A stretch of 64,000 bases of DNA from Gammaproteobacteria bacterium (GCA_015491865.1 WFVD01000008.1:138002-202001); one strand, 5' to 3'; numbered from the stretch's first letter, positions 51,813 through 61,729 are shown. Translations and numbers: made by a program. The notes: generated by a model from the sequence alone, not told the origin.

Positions 51813-54800
51813 TAGTCCACCAGTTTGAGGCGGGCAATACTTGTGCCGCCAACCACGCGCCGTCCCTGTTGTTTTTGCGACAGTTTGTGTTGTCTCATGG
51901 TTGCATCCATATCCGCGATTTCTCTCGCTTCCGTTATTGGAATGAGAAATATCTGCAGCCCCTGTTCTCTGAAGGATTTCACAATAAAGTGATCCCCGTC
52001 TTTTGTATCTTCCATCGTGTCACCCTTAAAAAATCGTCGGGTATTGGGTGGATTCGGTTGATCTTTCTTTTGCAGCGCCTCGGGTTGTGTAACCAGGCGG
52101 GGTTTCGGTTTCTCTCCAGGTGTTTCCGTTAATTCAAGATAAGCGTAACCATCGTATTGCAGGTATTTGTAGTGAGGCTTGTCAGGTGTGCTGTGGCGAC
52201 TATTGAATTCAATTTTCCAGGCGGTGTTTGCTGAGTCGCGCAACATTTTTACCTGCCGAATAACATTGCGATATCGGGGGTGCTGGATATTCGTTAATGC
52301 CTCTTTTGCAGTTTTTCCTGCTGCAATGCGTTTATCAAAAACACTTAGCACTAATCGGCGTGTGTCAGGACTGGCGATTTTCTCTAACTTTTTGCGCACA
52401 GCATCGGGTTTGCTTTTGTCGTCAGCCAGTGTTTCAAGATTCTGGCGCAGTGTAAGTTGCTGTTTGGGATCAGCATTGGGGTCTTTGTCATTTTCCACCC
52501 AGGTGACGCCATAAGCAGTGCCTTTGAACAATGACCCACCTATATGCCGCTCTGGTTTGTGGACGATGTGATGTTCACGTGTCATCTCAAGCGCCTGAGT
52601 ACGAATATCTTTTAATGGGGGATTGATGGAGAGTTTCAGTTTGATGTGTTGATCCGTTTGCGCACGTTCGCTTAAGGTCTTGTAATTGTGCGCCATCTTT
52701 TGATACAGGCCGCGGGAAGTGAGGGCGATGACTAATGCGTCAATGACGTGATGCCGATGGTCGATACGTTTTTCGATCATTTTGTCGGTGCGTTGAACGC
52801 CGCTGTGATTATTGTTGTGACCTTCCCAGTAGGGTTTGTATTTTTTAAATTCTTCTTCATTAATCAGGTTTTTTTCGGTATCAAAAACGGGCAGGCCAGA
52901 CTCGTAACGAATTTCCGGGATAACGGTATTTAGCCCCCATATTTTTCTCAGGTGCGCGGTCATTGCACCGCGGCTGACCGCAACATCGGAACAGACCGTA
53001 CGCATCCACTGTGCCGCCAGTTTGGAAATCCACGAGGTTTCGTGATACTGACGATTGGTGAAATCGTCGATGATGTCACTGTTGATTTTCTCTGCTTTCC
53101 AGTCTTGCAGGGTGAGAAAACGTGCTTTGGCAAAGCGTCGTTTCTTTTCCAGCGCTTTGGCTCGTTCGGTGATAATTTTCCATTTGTTAATGTCATCACC
53201 CCCGGCTTGCCAGGGGGTGCGGTTTCCCTTTTCATCATTACAGGAACGGTGTGATAGCATGAGGTGGTCTTGTTGGCGGCCAACGCGGGTGAGGGTACGC
53301 GGAATGATATGTTCCAGATTGGTTTCGTTGCCATCCACTGCTGCGCCGAGACTGATCCTTCGTTCACAGTAGGGGCAATTGGTATCCTGTTCCTGCCACA
53401 GCCGCCAGCGGAAGATATTAGTGGAGGTTGCGGGATGGCTGTTTTTCTCCAGGTCTTCCCTGGCCTTTTTGCGTTCGCGTTGATTTTTATCTATGCCTTT
53501 TTCAATTTCACCGCGGCGTTTTAATCCCAACCCCATGTCACGACTAAGCTCGATGACCACTTCCGCAGGTGGCTCGCCACCCATGGCATCAATAGCATTG
53601 TTGACGGCGTAGCGCATTTGGCGCAGGGCAACATCAACCACGATGTTGCCGGTAGGTCAATGGGAATCAAGATGTGTGGATAGTTCAGCTTTTTCTTCAG
53701 GTTTTGGATGACAGGCTAAGATGGCGTCGTATTCATCCATGCCTCCGCGCATTTTTTCCGTGAGTTTTTTAATGCCTTGATGGAATAGGCGCTACGTCCA
53801 CTATCGAATCCCATTTTACTGAGGCGGTCAAATTTGCCGCTGGTAACCATGGCGTTAATGAAGTTCACCATGTCAGGAGAAAATTTACGTAATTCCCCAG
53901 GTTTTCCATCTTTGCCTTTACCGCGATACTGGAGATGCCAGTCTTTACGATCCACTTCCTGTGGTGACCCCAGGTCAGCAAGAAAGTTGATGATGCTGAT
54001 TTGTGTGCCTTCGTTGAGTGCCAGCCATTGTTCGGCAAGCCCTAATTTTCCCACCGCTTTCAGAGTGCTGTTGCCTTTGAGTTCAGGTCGGCTGGGCCGG
54101 TCAAAATTAAGTCCGCGTTTGTCTGGATTTGGGCAGCCTGCTTTATTTAGTGCCGTGTTAATTTGCAAGAAAGTTGCTTTCTCTTTTGTCGAGAGCAACT
54201 TGCGGATAACGGTTTTTTGCTCTGGTGTAAGTTGTTGGGAACGACGCCCCATGCCCCAACGCAAATCGGCAATCTGTTTTTCAATGCGAAACGCTTGTGC
54301 GGCGGGTTGACTCATGGGGGCCCGCGGCAGATTGGGTTCCAATGGACATTGCCCCACCATCGCAGTAACGGATTTCAGTGGCCGCTGGTAAAAGATAACG
54401 TCGCGGAAAACCTCTTTGAGTGGATTGTCTTTGTATCGCTCATTCAGGCCTTCGTATAGCCCATTCAGAATTGAATGAGTCACTGACTGCACTTTCCAGA
54501 TTTGTTCAAACTCGGCTTCCACCATTTCCCGGCTGACGTACAGGCCATGGGGTTTTGCTTCTTTCAGCTTGAGGGTTTCGCCGTTGTTGAAACGGTGCAG
54601 CAGGTATTGCCCAAGCCACTCACCATTCGCATCCTGCATTAGTTGTTTGAGCTGAGTGATGCCGCCTTCAACCTGGCCTTCATCGCCTTCTTTACTTAAC
54701 CTGAAAGCCTCCCGCATAACCACGCCGTTTGGACATTCGAAAAAATACCCTGGCCAGATCATCCAGCGCAATGGGTTTTGTGGTTGCTTGGCTGCGGGCC

Positions 54801-55105
54801 TCATGAAGACGTCGGCCGTTATCAGGGGTGATAGTCTGAGGGTCAATGTCGAGTAGTTCACAGATGGCCGCAAGATCATGTAAACGGCTGGCGCGGCGGT
54901 CGATCAGTCGTCGGGTACGTCGGGCCATGCCCCGGCCAGATGCCTTGGTGCTACCAATACCACCTCCGGTAGCAGCTTCTACCGGCTCCTGAAAGATATG
55001 CGCGCTGTGATAGGCGATATTTTCGGGCGTGGATTCGTTGTCCAGTGTGATACAGGCAAGACCAACCGATGCGGTGCCAAAATCAATCCCCAGTCGATAA
55101 GGCAT
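51812..55105 (-). pseudogene. cas9: Type II-C Cas9, disrupted, ~1097 codons when repaired
   Basis: RuvC-I LGIDFGTASVG, Arg-rich bridge helix, REC motifs IFYQRPLK...GQCPLEP...FRIEKQIADL, RuvC-II VVIELSRD, HNH CPYC...EHIIP...CNDEKGNRTP, RuvC-III DHRHHVIDALVIA. Lesions: frameshift near 54694, frameshift in the 6-base run 53765-53770, in-frame TGA at 53657-53659. Confidence 0.95.
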
Positions 55106-55130
55106 TTTTTCTCTCCATGATTTATTGTGC

Positions 55131-55159
55131 TTGCCATTACACCACATGGTTGCTAGGGT
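55131..55159 (+). promoter_or_regulatory. Putative sigma-70 promoter of the tracrRNA, divergent from cas9
   Basis: TTGCCA-N17-TAGGGT with an extended TG; predicted start ~55166, right at the anti-repeat. Confidence 0.65.
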
Positions 55160-55165
55160 TTTCCT

Positions 55166-55251
55166 GTATCAAGCATTCCGATGGTGGGGACTATCGGTAA
55201 CAAGTGTTTATCACACCGATACAGAACGGCTGCTTCGGCAGTCGTTTTTTT
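55166..55251 (+). ncRNA. tracrRNA (~86 nt)
   Basis: Anti-repeat 55167-55201, then AAG, a small hairpin gtgt-ttatc-acac, and a terminator hairpin aacggctgc-ttcg-gcagtcgtt with a T-run. Confidence 0.9.
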
Positions 55252-55845
55252 ATGATTGAATATTGTGTACACCGCTTGCCGAATCAAGTTCTTTCATTGA
55301 TTTTAGGGAGTCTGATTCTGCGTGCAAATGTGTTTTTCAGCGTTGTGCTGGGTGGAATCTTTAGCTAGAATCCGGTCTGTTTGTTAATAAGTGGATTCAA
55401 TGCTTTTTACAACATACAAGGCGGCAGATGCTCTCCTGGTGGCAATCAAGCCGACCTGATGACCTTCCCATTCCATGCGGATATATTTTCCTACGAAACA
55501 CCAGTTGAATTTTGTTGTCTGAGATACCGCTAGGCGGTGAGGGGCATCGATGAGATTATCGACCCTTCTTTGAATAAATACCGGTAAACAGTCGCTAAAA
55601 AATGATGGCGTGCCAGGATGGCAGAAGGCAATTTGATGCGGTTATTTTAGGGCTGCCTTATACTGCAATTCATTGGTAGCAGATCTGGTGGTGAAATATG
55701 GGCGAGCTATATTGATCTCACCGATTGCTCTGAACCGATTTTGAAATACGAGTATGAACGGCAGTTAAATACCCATCTAAGTTAGTCAATAATAACCATA
55801 TAAAAAGTAGTTGATTTATAGTGGGTGATCCTCTAGACTCTTTAT

Positions 55846-55905
55846 CGCACGACAGACATTCCATGCATCTCCTCCTCTCTCGGGGTCGAGTGATTCGGCC
55901 CCGGG
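55846..55905 (+). ncRNA. Candidate small RNA with a CUCCUCC anti-Shine-Dalgarno motif (3' end uncertain)
   Basis: TTGATT-N17-TAGACT promoter (55811-55839), ATCTCCTCCTCT, then hairpin cggggtcga-gtgat-tcggccccg; no U-tract. Confidence 0.4.
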
Positions 55906-56234
55906 CGGTGCAAGGGATGGTGATTGACCGGCACTCCCGGCTGTGATGAGCATCAGGTTATTGGTTATGGATTATCGATGCCTGGGCTTTACCCCCCCTG
56001 CGCAGCCGGGATGTGTCAAATTTCTACGGTTAACTATAAAACACTAATCCCCGCCTGTATTTTTGTTGCCTTCCCTCTTTGTGAGCAATGCGCGATGGAC
56101 TGGAGCGCCAGGTTCTTCAGGGCGGCAACCTCGACGTGAGATGAATCAATGAGTTAAGTGATGATGTCGCTGCTTCACGCCTCGTCATGAGAATAAATCA
56201 GAGGTTGCTTAGTAACGTAGCTGACGCTCAGATG

Positions 56235-56269
56235 AAAAAAAACGCCACTCTGAAATCAGAGTGGCGTTT
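56235..56269 (-). terminator. Rho-independent terminator of the phosphoribulokinase gene
   Basis: Inverted repeat aaacgccactctga / tcagagtggcgttt with a flanking A-run (U-tract on the minus strand). Confidence 0.88.
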
Positions 56270-56311
56270 GAGCAGATCACATTAAAACACTCGCCTGAAA
56301 AGCGGTGGCTA

Positions 56312-57181
56312 TTATGCGCTGCGTTTATTTTCCATCAGTTCATGCACCACTGGATTGAGGATGACCTCCATTGCCAGTCCCATTTTGCCGCCAGGCAGTA
56401 CGATGGTGTTGGGGCGAGACATCCACGAATCTTTTAGCATCGAGAGGTAGTAGGGGAGGTCGTGTTTCTCTGGGTGTCTGAAGCGGATCACGATCAGGCT
56501 CTCATCAGGTGTTGGAATATCACGTGAAATAAAAGGGTTAGAGGTATCCACCACGGGCACGCGCTGGAAGTTAATATCGGTGCGCGAGAACTGAGGGGTG
56601 ATGGTTTTAACATAGTCAGGCATGCGACGCAGGATTGTATCGGTGACCGCTTCTGCCGAGTAGCCGCGCTGTGCGGTATCACGGTGAATCTTCTGAATCC
56701 ACTCCAGATTAACAATAGGCACCACGCCGACGAGCAGGTCAACCCACCTGGCGACATCCACCTCTTCGGTGACGACGCCGCCGTGCAGCCCTTCATAAAA
56801 AAGGATATCACTACCTTCAGGGACCGGTTCCCACGGGGTGAAGGTGCCTGGCTCCTGTTTGTAAGGGGCGGCTTCGACTTCATCATGCAGGTATTTACGC
56901 ATCTGACCGGTGCCGGTTTCGCCATAGCTCCTGAAGAGCTCTTCAAGCTTGTCGAGAATATTGGCTTCAGGGCCAAAATGGCTCAGGTCTTTACCCTCTT
57001 TCGCCGCTTCAGCAACTTTTGCCTTCATTTCCATGCGATCATAGCGATGGAACGCATCGCCTTCGATTACGGCGGCGTTGATCCCTTCGCGATGGAACAT
57101 ATGCTGGAAGGCGTTTTTTACGGTAGTGGTGCCAGCACCTGATGAGCCGGTCACGACAACGACTGGATGTTTAGCAGACAT
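56312..57181 (-). CDS. prkB: Phosphoribulokinase, proteobacterial type (PrkB/CbbP)
   Basis: MSAKHPVVVVTGSSGAGTT, EGDAFHRYDR, YEGLHG, NLEWIQKIHRD, INFQRVPVVDTSNPF. Confidence 0.96.
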   Translation of the reverse strand: MSAKHPVVVVTGSSGAGTTTVKNAFQHMFHREGINAAVIEGDAFHRYDRMEMKAKVAEAAKEGKDLSHFGPEANILDKLEELFRSYGETGTGQMRKYLHDEVEAAPYKQEPGTFTPWEPVPEGSDILFYEGLHGGVVTEEVDVARWVDLLVGVVPIVNLEWIQKIHRDTAQRGYSAEAVTDTILRRMPDYVKTITPQFSRTDINFQRVPVVDTSNPFISRDIPTPDESLIVIRFRHPEKHDLPYYLSMLKDSWMSRPNTIVLPGGKMGLAMEVILNPVVHELMENKRSA

Positions 57182-57529
57182 GTAGGTTCTCCCTTAAAGG
57201 TTATAAAGACTTTATAAATCTGTGGCTTAAAGTCACGGGTGCATGTTTGTTTCTAGTTTTTTGCAGGGCACCCGCAAGCGAAATTCTTATCGTTGTACCC
57301 GCGTAGCGCTCCTTTAAAGAGCAGATGCTACTGGATGCGTTTTTGTTATCACCGTGCGCGGGTAGCCGTGTATTGAAGCAAACGTGAGTGGATGTGGCAA
57401 GTTTTGGGGAGAAACGGGGTGAGATTGACCCCTTGCGCAGTCTCTTCAGGGAGGCTTCAAGCGCTTGTTTTGATACAAAATGAATGAGATGATCTGGCCA
57501 GGTGGTGATGTTTTAAATTTGTCGAAGGG

Positions 57530-58078
57530 GTGTTCCTGAAAATGATGATAAGGATGGGTGTTGCGGCTCTGATGCTGTTGCAGGTTCTGGCGCTTGCTGG
57601 ATGCACTTCGATCGACTCGAGGCACTCATTGATTCAAAAAGGCTCTGGTAACTACGCCGCTGTCTATTTTATTCGCCCCGATACTGAGCGCTATATGGGG
57701 GCTACCGACAACCGCATCACGATAGAACTGAACCGGGAAGAGCTACTGAAGCTGGTCAAATCAGAGTACACACTGGTACATCTGAAGCCAGGAGAGGTGG
57801 ATTTAACCATTAAATCATTGACGATTGCCGGCCCATTTCGCCAGTTCAAGGATATGGAGCGGACCAAACGTTTCGACTTCAGGGCTGGTGCTACCTATTA
57901 TATTTCGATTGAGCCGGTGGATGGCGAATTTCGTGGCACCTATTTTCAGCCGCATCTGGTTGGGCTGGCAGCGGCAAAAGAGATGAGTCGTTTTCTGCGT
58001 GCAACAGGCCCCGCACGGCAGGCACCACTTCACCCATCGGGCGAGAACCCGCGCGTCCCTTTTCTGCCTTTTATCTAA
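57530..58078 (+). CDS. DUF2846-like lipoprotein
   Basis: Lipobox LAGC, AAVYFIRP, YTLVHLKPG, GATYYI. Confidence 0.7.
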   Translation: MFLKMMIRMGVAALMLLQVLALAGCTSIDSRHSLIQKGSGNYAAVYFIRPDTERYMGATDNRITIELNREELLKLVKSEYTLVHLKPGEVDLTIKSLTIAGPFRQFKDMERTKRFDFRAGATYYISIEPVDGEFRGTYFQPHLVGLAAAKEMSRFLRATGPARQAPLHPSGENPRVPFLPFI

Positions 58079-58120
58079 TTCTGTCGTGAAGCAGGCGGTG
58101 ACGTTATCGGGTGCAGCTGG

Positions 58121-58804
58121 ATGCATCTAGTCATTCTTCTATTGCTCCTTCTCGCGCTGCTGTTTGGTCCGCAGCTCTGGGCGCGATCGGTGCTCTCTCG
58201 TCACAGCAAGCCGCAGGATCACTTCCCCGGTAATGGCGAAGCGTTTGCGCGACACCTGCTCAATAGGGCGGGGCTGGAAAAGGTAGCGGTTGAGCAGACG
58301 GCGCTCGGTGATCACTACGATCCGGCCGATCGCTGCGTGCGCCTTAGTGAGGCTAACTTCACTGGCAAGTCACTCACCGCCGTTGCGGTTGCGGCCCATG
58401 AAGTGGGCCATGCGATTCAGCACCGCGACGACGACCCCAGGCTGGCGCTGCGTGCCAGGCTGGTGAAGGTCGCTCAGGTGACGGAGAAGATGGGGTCAAT
58501 GGCGATGTTTGCAGTGCCGGTGCTGGTCGGTTTTACGCGTGCACCGTCGGTGGGGGTGTTGATGTTTGTGGTTGGTCTGATTAGCCTTGGTGTTTCTGCG
58601 CTGGTGCATCTGGTGACGCTGCCGGTGGAGTGGGATGCCAGCTTCGGCAAGGCGATGCCGATGATTAAGGCAGGGCAGTACCTGACACAGGCCGAAGAGC
58701 TGGTAGCGAAAAAGATCCTGCGTGCCTGCGCACTCACCTATCTGGCTGCGTCGTTATCGAGCCTGCTCAATATCTGGCGCTGGATACGTTTCATCCGTCG
58801 CTGA
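58121..58804 (+). CDS. Putative neutral zinc metallopeptidase (YugP-like membrane protein)
   Basis: GDHYDP, AVAAHEVGHAIQH (HExxH), VTLPVEWDAS, ACALTYLA. Confidence 0.92.
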   Translation: MHLVILLLLLLALLFGPQLWARSVLSRHSKPQDHFPGNGEAFARHLLNRAGLEKVAVEQTALGDHYDPADRCVRLSEANFTGKSLTAVAVAAHEVGHAIQHRDDDPRLALRARLVKVAQVTEKMGSMAMFAVPVLVGFTRAPSVGVLMFVVGLISLGVSALVHLVTLPVEWDASFGKAMPMIKAGQYLTQAEELVAKKILRACALTYLAASLSSLLNIWRWIRFIRR

Positions 58805-58973
58805 ACCAGTTGCTGAACAAGGCAGTGTTGATAACTCTTAGAAGACAAAAGGCCCTTTCTGATTTATATTTCCATTTATACGAATAATAATATCGGTTGA
58901 CGATGAGGCTGGGGGAGATGGGGGAGAATCTTGCTAAGGAGCGGCGCGTGAAAGCGCGACAGACGGTGCTGGT

Positions 58974-59987
58974 ATGAAACATCATCCCTATCGCACGTTA
59001 CTGCTGTGGGCCATCTGGGCAGCGACAGCGACGGGTGTCTACTTCGGTTTCTACCAGGAGGCTGGCATCTGGGATTTTCTTGCCCAGGATAAAACACGCA
59101 TTACCTGGATCATCCTGGCTTTTTTTGTTTTTGGTCTCGTTGCCAGCTTTGAACTGAGTGTGGTGCTCACCAAAGAGTCGCTGGCGGCTCGCCGTATTGA
59201 GAGTGAAGTCAAAGATAAAGGGCTGATCGGCCTGCAGAGCCGCTCCGAGAAGCGCGCCGTGAACCGTTTTTTTCTATCACTAAAGATGGCGATGGAAGGA
59301 AACAGCAAGCCCGATACCGAAGCGCTGTTGCATGTCGAACTCGCCGGATACCAGCGCATGGGGCGCTCAATTGAGGTGGCGGGCAATCTGCTGATCACCC
59401 TGGGTCTGATCGGAACCGTGATGGGCTTAACGCTGACACTGACTGGCCTGACCAGTTCGCTTGATGCGCTTGGTCACGACCAGGAACAGCTGTTACAGGG
59501 GTTGCGTAAGGCGATGGGTGGGATGGGCACCGCTTTTTACACCACATTGCTGGGTGCCATTCTTGGCGGTGTCCTGTTGCGAGTGTTTGCCCAGATCGCC
59601 GAGCAGGGGGTGGAGGCGTTATATGACCGCATCATGCGCATCTGCCTGATTTACTGCTCGGCCGACTTTAAGCCGTCACTGGAGCGCGACATCCGTTTTC
59701 TCGATGCTGAAATGGCTTCGCTGGGTGAGCGGGTCAAGTTTCTGCAATCGGCCTTTACTGCATCACGTGGTGCGATGGAAGAGTTTCGTCAGGAAGTTGG
59801 TAATTTGCGTAGCCTGTCGCAGGAAGAACGCACCGCGCTGCTAGAGACAATCGAGATGAACCGGCAGGCCTACATGTTGATGCGACAGGAGACGCGCTTG
59901 ATGAAAAATCTTAATCGCACCTTCTGGCAGCGGTGCAAAGATGTGCTGCGCTTTAAGCCGCGCCGCACTCGCCCCCCTGAAGAGTAA
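58974..59987 (+). CDS. MotA/TolQ/ExbB family ion-channel subunit with a long C-terminal helical tail
   Basis: LGLIGTVMGL and GMGTAFYTTLLG channel motifs, 4 hydrophobic helices, ~130-aa heptad-rich tail. Confidence 0.85.
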   Translation: MKHHPYRTLLLWAIWAATATGVYFGFYQEAGIWDFLAQDKTRITWIILAFFVFGLVASFELSVVLTKESLAARRIESEVKDKGLIGLQSRSEKRAVNRFFLSLKMAMEGNSKPDTEALLHVELAGYQRMGRSIEVAGNLLITLGLIGTVMGLTLTLTGLTSSLDALGHDQEQLLQGLRKAMGGMGTAFYTTLLGAILGGVLLRVFAQIAEQGVEALYDRIMRICLIYCSADFKPSLERDIRFLDAEMASLGERVKFLQSAFTASRGAMEEFRQEVGNLRSLSQEERTALLETIEMNRQAYMLMRQETRLMKNLNRTFWQRCKDVLRFKPRRTRPPEE

Positions 59988-60005
59988 CTACGCACTTTTG
60001 CTACC

Positions 60006-60788
60006 GTGAAAGATAGACGTAAGTTTACCTATACCAACGTCCATGAGAGTTTCTCGGATGTTGCGTTGCTGATGCTCGCCACCTTTATTTTTCTGCTGGT
60101 CACCATTCTGATCACCTCAAAAGTGGCTGAGGAAGATCAGCTACCCCGGCTAAAAGAGCAGGTGGCAAAGCTTGAAAAGCAGCTTGAATTGTCGGGTGCC
60201 GATAAAGCGCGCCTGATAGGCGAGCTTGATGAGATGGCGATTATGGATTCCGAAAGCCAGATGGATAAAATCCTCGAGCCGGCCGGGTTGGCTGAAGGGG
60301 AAGGGCGAAAAGATTTTGAGATCTTTATCGAAGGGTTAAAGAAAATTCCCGGCAAAGAGATCCACCTCGTTATCGATGCCACTGGCTCGATGCACGGCGC
60401 CTCCCACTTTCTGATTCCAGTGCTGCGTGTGATTGTCACCCGCTCGGGAAAAAACCTGGATGCGGTTACCTGGTTTTCAGATGGCATTGCAAAAACCTAT
60501 ACCGGCTCAATGGGTGAAATGTTCGACATGCTGATGCAGGGGGCACCATTCGTCGGCAACAATGAGACCATTGGTGACGCCTTCCGTCGCGCGGCAAAGA
60601 ACACCCGCGCACCGGGGGCCTATCTGTTGATTGGTGATGAGCCTTCGGATGACCAGATCTTCTATTCTCGCATTAAAAGCCCTGTCTTTACTCTGCCGCT
60701 GGGGCGTTCAAACCCACCGACACTGGCGGAGTATAAGACCTTGTCTGAGAAAACGGGTGGATTGATGTTGCAGATGCGCTTTGAGTAG
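60006..60788 (+). CDS. MotB/ExbD-like single-TM protein with coiled coil and VWA domain
   Basis: SFSDVALLMLATFIFLL TM segment with Asp; VIDATGSM MIDAS-like motif, TWFSD, LLIGDEP. Confidence 0.75.
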   Translation: MKDRRKFTYTNVHESFSDVALLMLATFIFLLVTILITSKVAEEDQLPRLKEQVAKLEKQLELSGADKARLIGELDEMAIMDSESQMDKILEPAGLAEGEGRKDFEIFIEGLKKIPGKEIHLVIDATGSMHGASHFLIPVLRVIVTRSGKNLDAVTWFSDGIAKTYTGSMGEMFDMLMQGAPFVGNNETIGDAFRRAAKNTRAPGAYLLIGDEPSDDQIFYSRIKSPVFTLPLGRSNPPTLAEYKTLSEKTGGLMLQMRFE

Positions 60789-60847
60789 CGCGCAACGAAA
60801 CAACTTTGAGCGCCTGCTCGATATTTATCGTAAACGGTGATCGTTAC

Positions 60848-61729
60848 TCACGCTGCCAGCTCACTCAATAACTGCCGTATCATCTGCTGCGCCTGCGATA
60901 GATAACCGTTGCCAAACAGGTTGAGGTGGTTGAGTATGTGGTAGAGGTTGTAGAGCGTCCTGCGAGTTTGATAGCCGCTGTCGAGCGGGAGCGCACTTTG
61001 ATAGGCGCGATAGAACTGTTCATTGAAACCACCAAAGAGTTCTGTCATGGCGATATCGGCTTCACGATCGCCATAGTAACAGGCGGGGTCAAAGATTAGC
61101 GGTGTACCGCTCTTATCGAAGCAGTAGTTGCCTGACCATAGATCCCCATGGAGCAGTGATGGCAGCGGAGTGTAGCCATCAAACAGCGCACCGAAACAGT
61201 CGAGCAGCCGCTCCCCCTCAGTTTGCAGTGGGCCGTCAAAGCCGTTCTGTCGCGCGAGTTTGAGCTGAAAGCCGAGGCGATGTTCGCGCCAGAAGTCGAT
61301 CCAGTTTTGAGCGGGTGGATTGGGCTGCGGGGTGGAGCCGATGGTGTTGTCCTGCTGCCAGCCAAAATAGTCACAGCGTTGGTTATGCATCGCGGCCAGC
61401 TGCTCACCCAGCTGCGCATGGCTACCGCTGTCGCCAGCAGCGCGATCGATATAACTCATCACCAGAAAGGCGCTCTCACCCGCCGTACCACAGCAGAGTG
61501 GCCGGGGTGTCGCGATCGTAGCGCTATCCAGTATTGCCTGTAGCCCGGCAAGCTCAGCAGTAAACATCGCCAGAGCGTCGCGATTATTGAGTTTAATGAA
61601 GTAACGTTGGCCACTCCCCTCTAATAAAAAGGCCTGATTGATCGAGCCGCCGCCAATCGAGCTGCGCTGCTGGATTTTGAAGGGGTGATGGCAGTTTTCA
61701 GCGATGTGATTTTCGATACGGTTCCACAT
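60848..61729 (-). CDS. Fructosamine kinase family protein
   Basis: GGGSIN, FGWQQDNTIGSTPQPN, LLHGDLWSGN, FDPACYYGDREADIAMTELFGGF. Confidence 0.95.
   Translation of the reverse strand: MWNRIENHIAENCHHPFKIQQRSSIGGGSINQAFLLEGSGQRYFIKLNNRDALAMFTAELAGLQAILDSATIATPRPLCCGTAGESAFLVMSYIDRAAGDSGSHAQLGEQLAAMHNQRCDYFGWQQDNTIGSTPQPNPPAQNWIDFWREHRLGFQLKLARQNGFDGPLQTEGERLLDCFGALFDGYTPLPSLLHGDLWSGNYCFDKSGTPLIFDPACYYGDREADIAMTELFGGFNEQFYRAYQSALPLDSGYQTRRTLYNLYHILNHLNLFGNGYLSQAQQMIRQLLSELAA

Noticed and set aside
53657..54700. Cas9 expressed by programmed recoding or as a natural split protein (A AAA AAC is a slippery heptamer in the right frame)
   Set aside because: It would need a +1 shift, a -1 shift and stop readthrough together. 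The downstream fragments show no obvious RBS, and loss of cas1, cas2 and the array points to decay.
55255..55800. ORF-poor stretch next to the tracrRNA as a gene remnant or mobile element end
   Set aside because: Only short open frames and no recognisable motif or terminal repeat; a tBLASTx search would be needed.
55924..56139. 71-aa ORF in the intergenic region
   Set aside because: TTG start, no recognisable motif, and it overlaps a predicted RNA stem.
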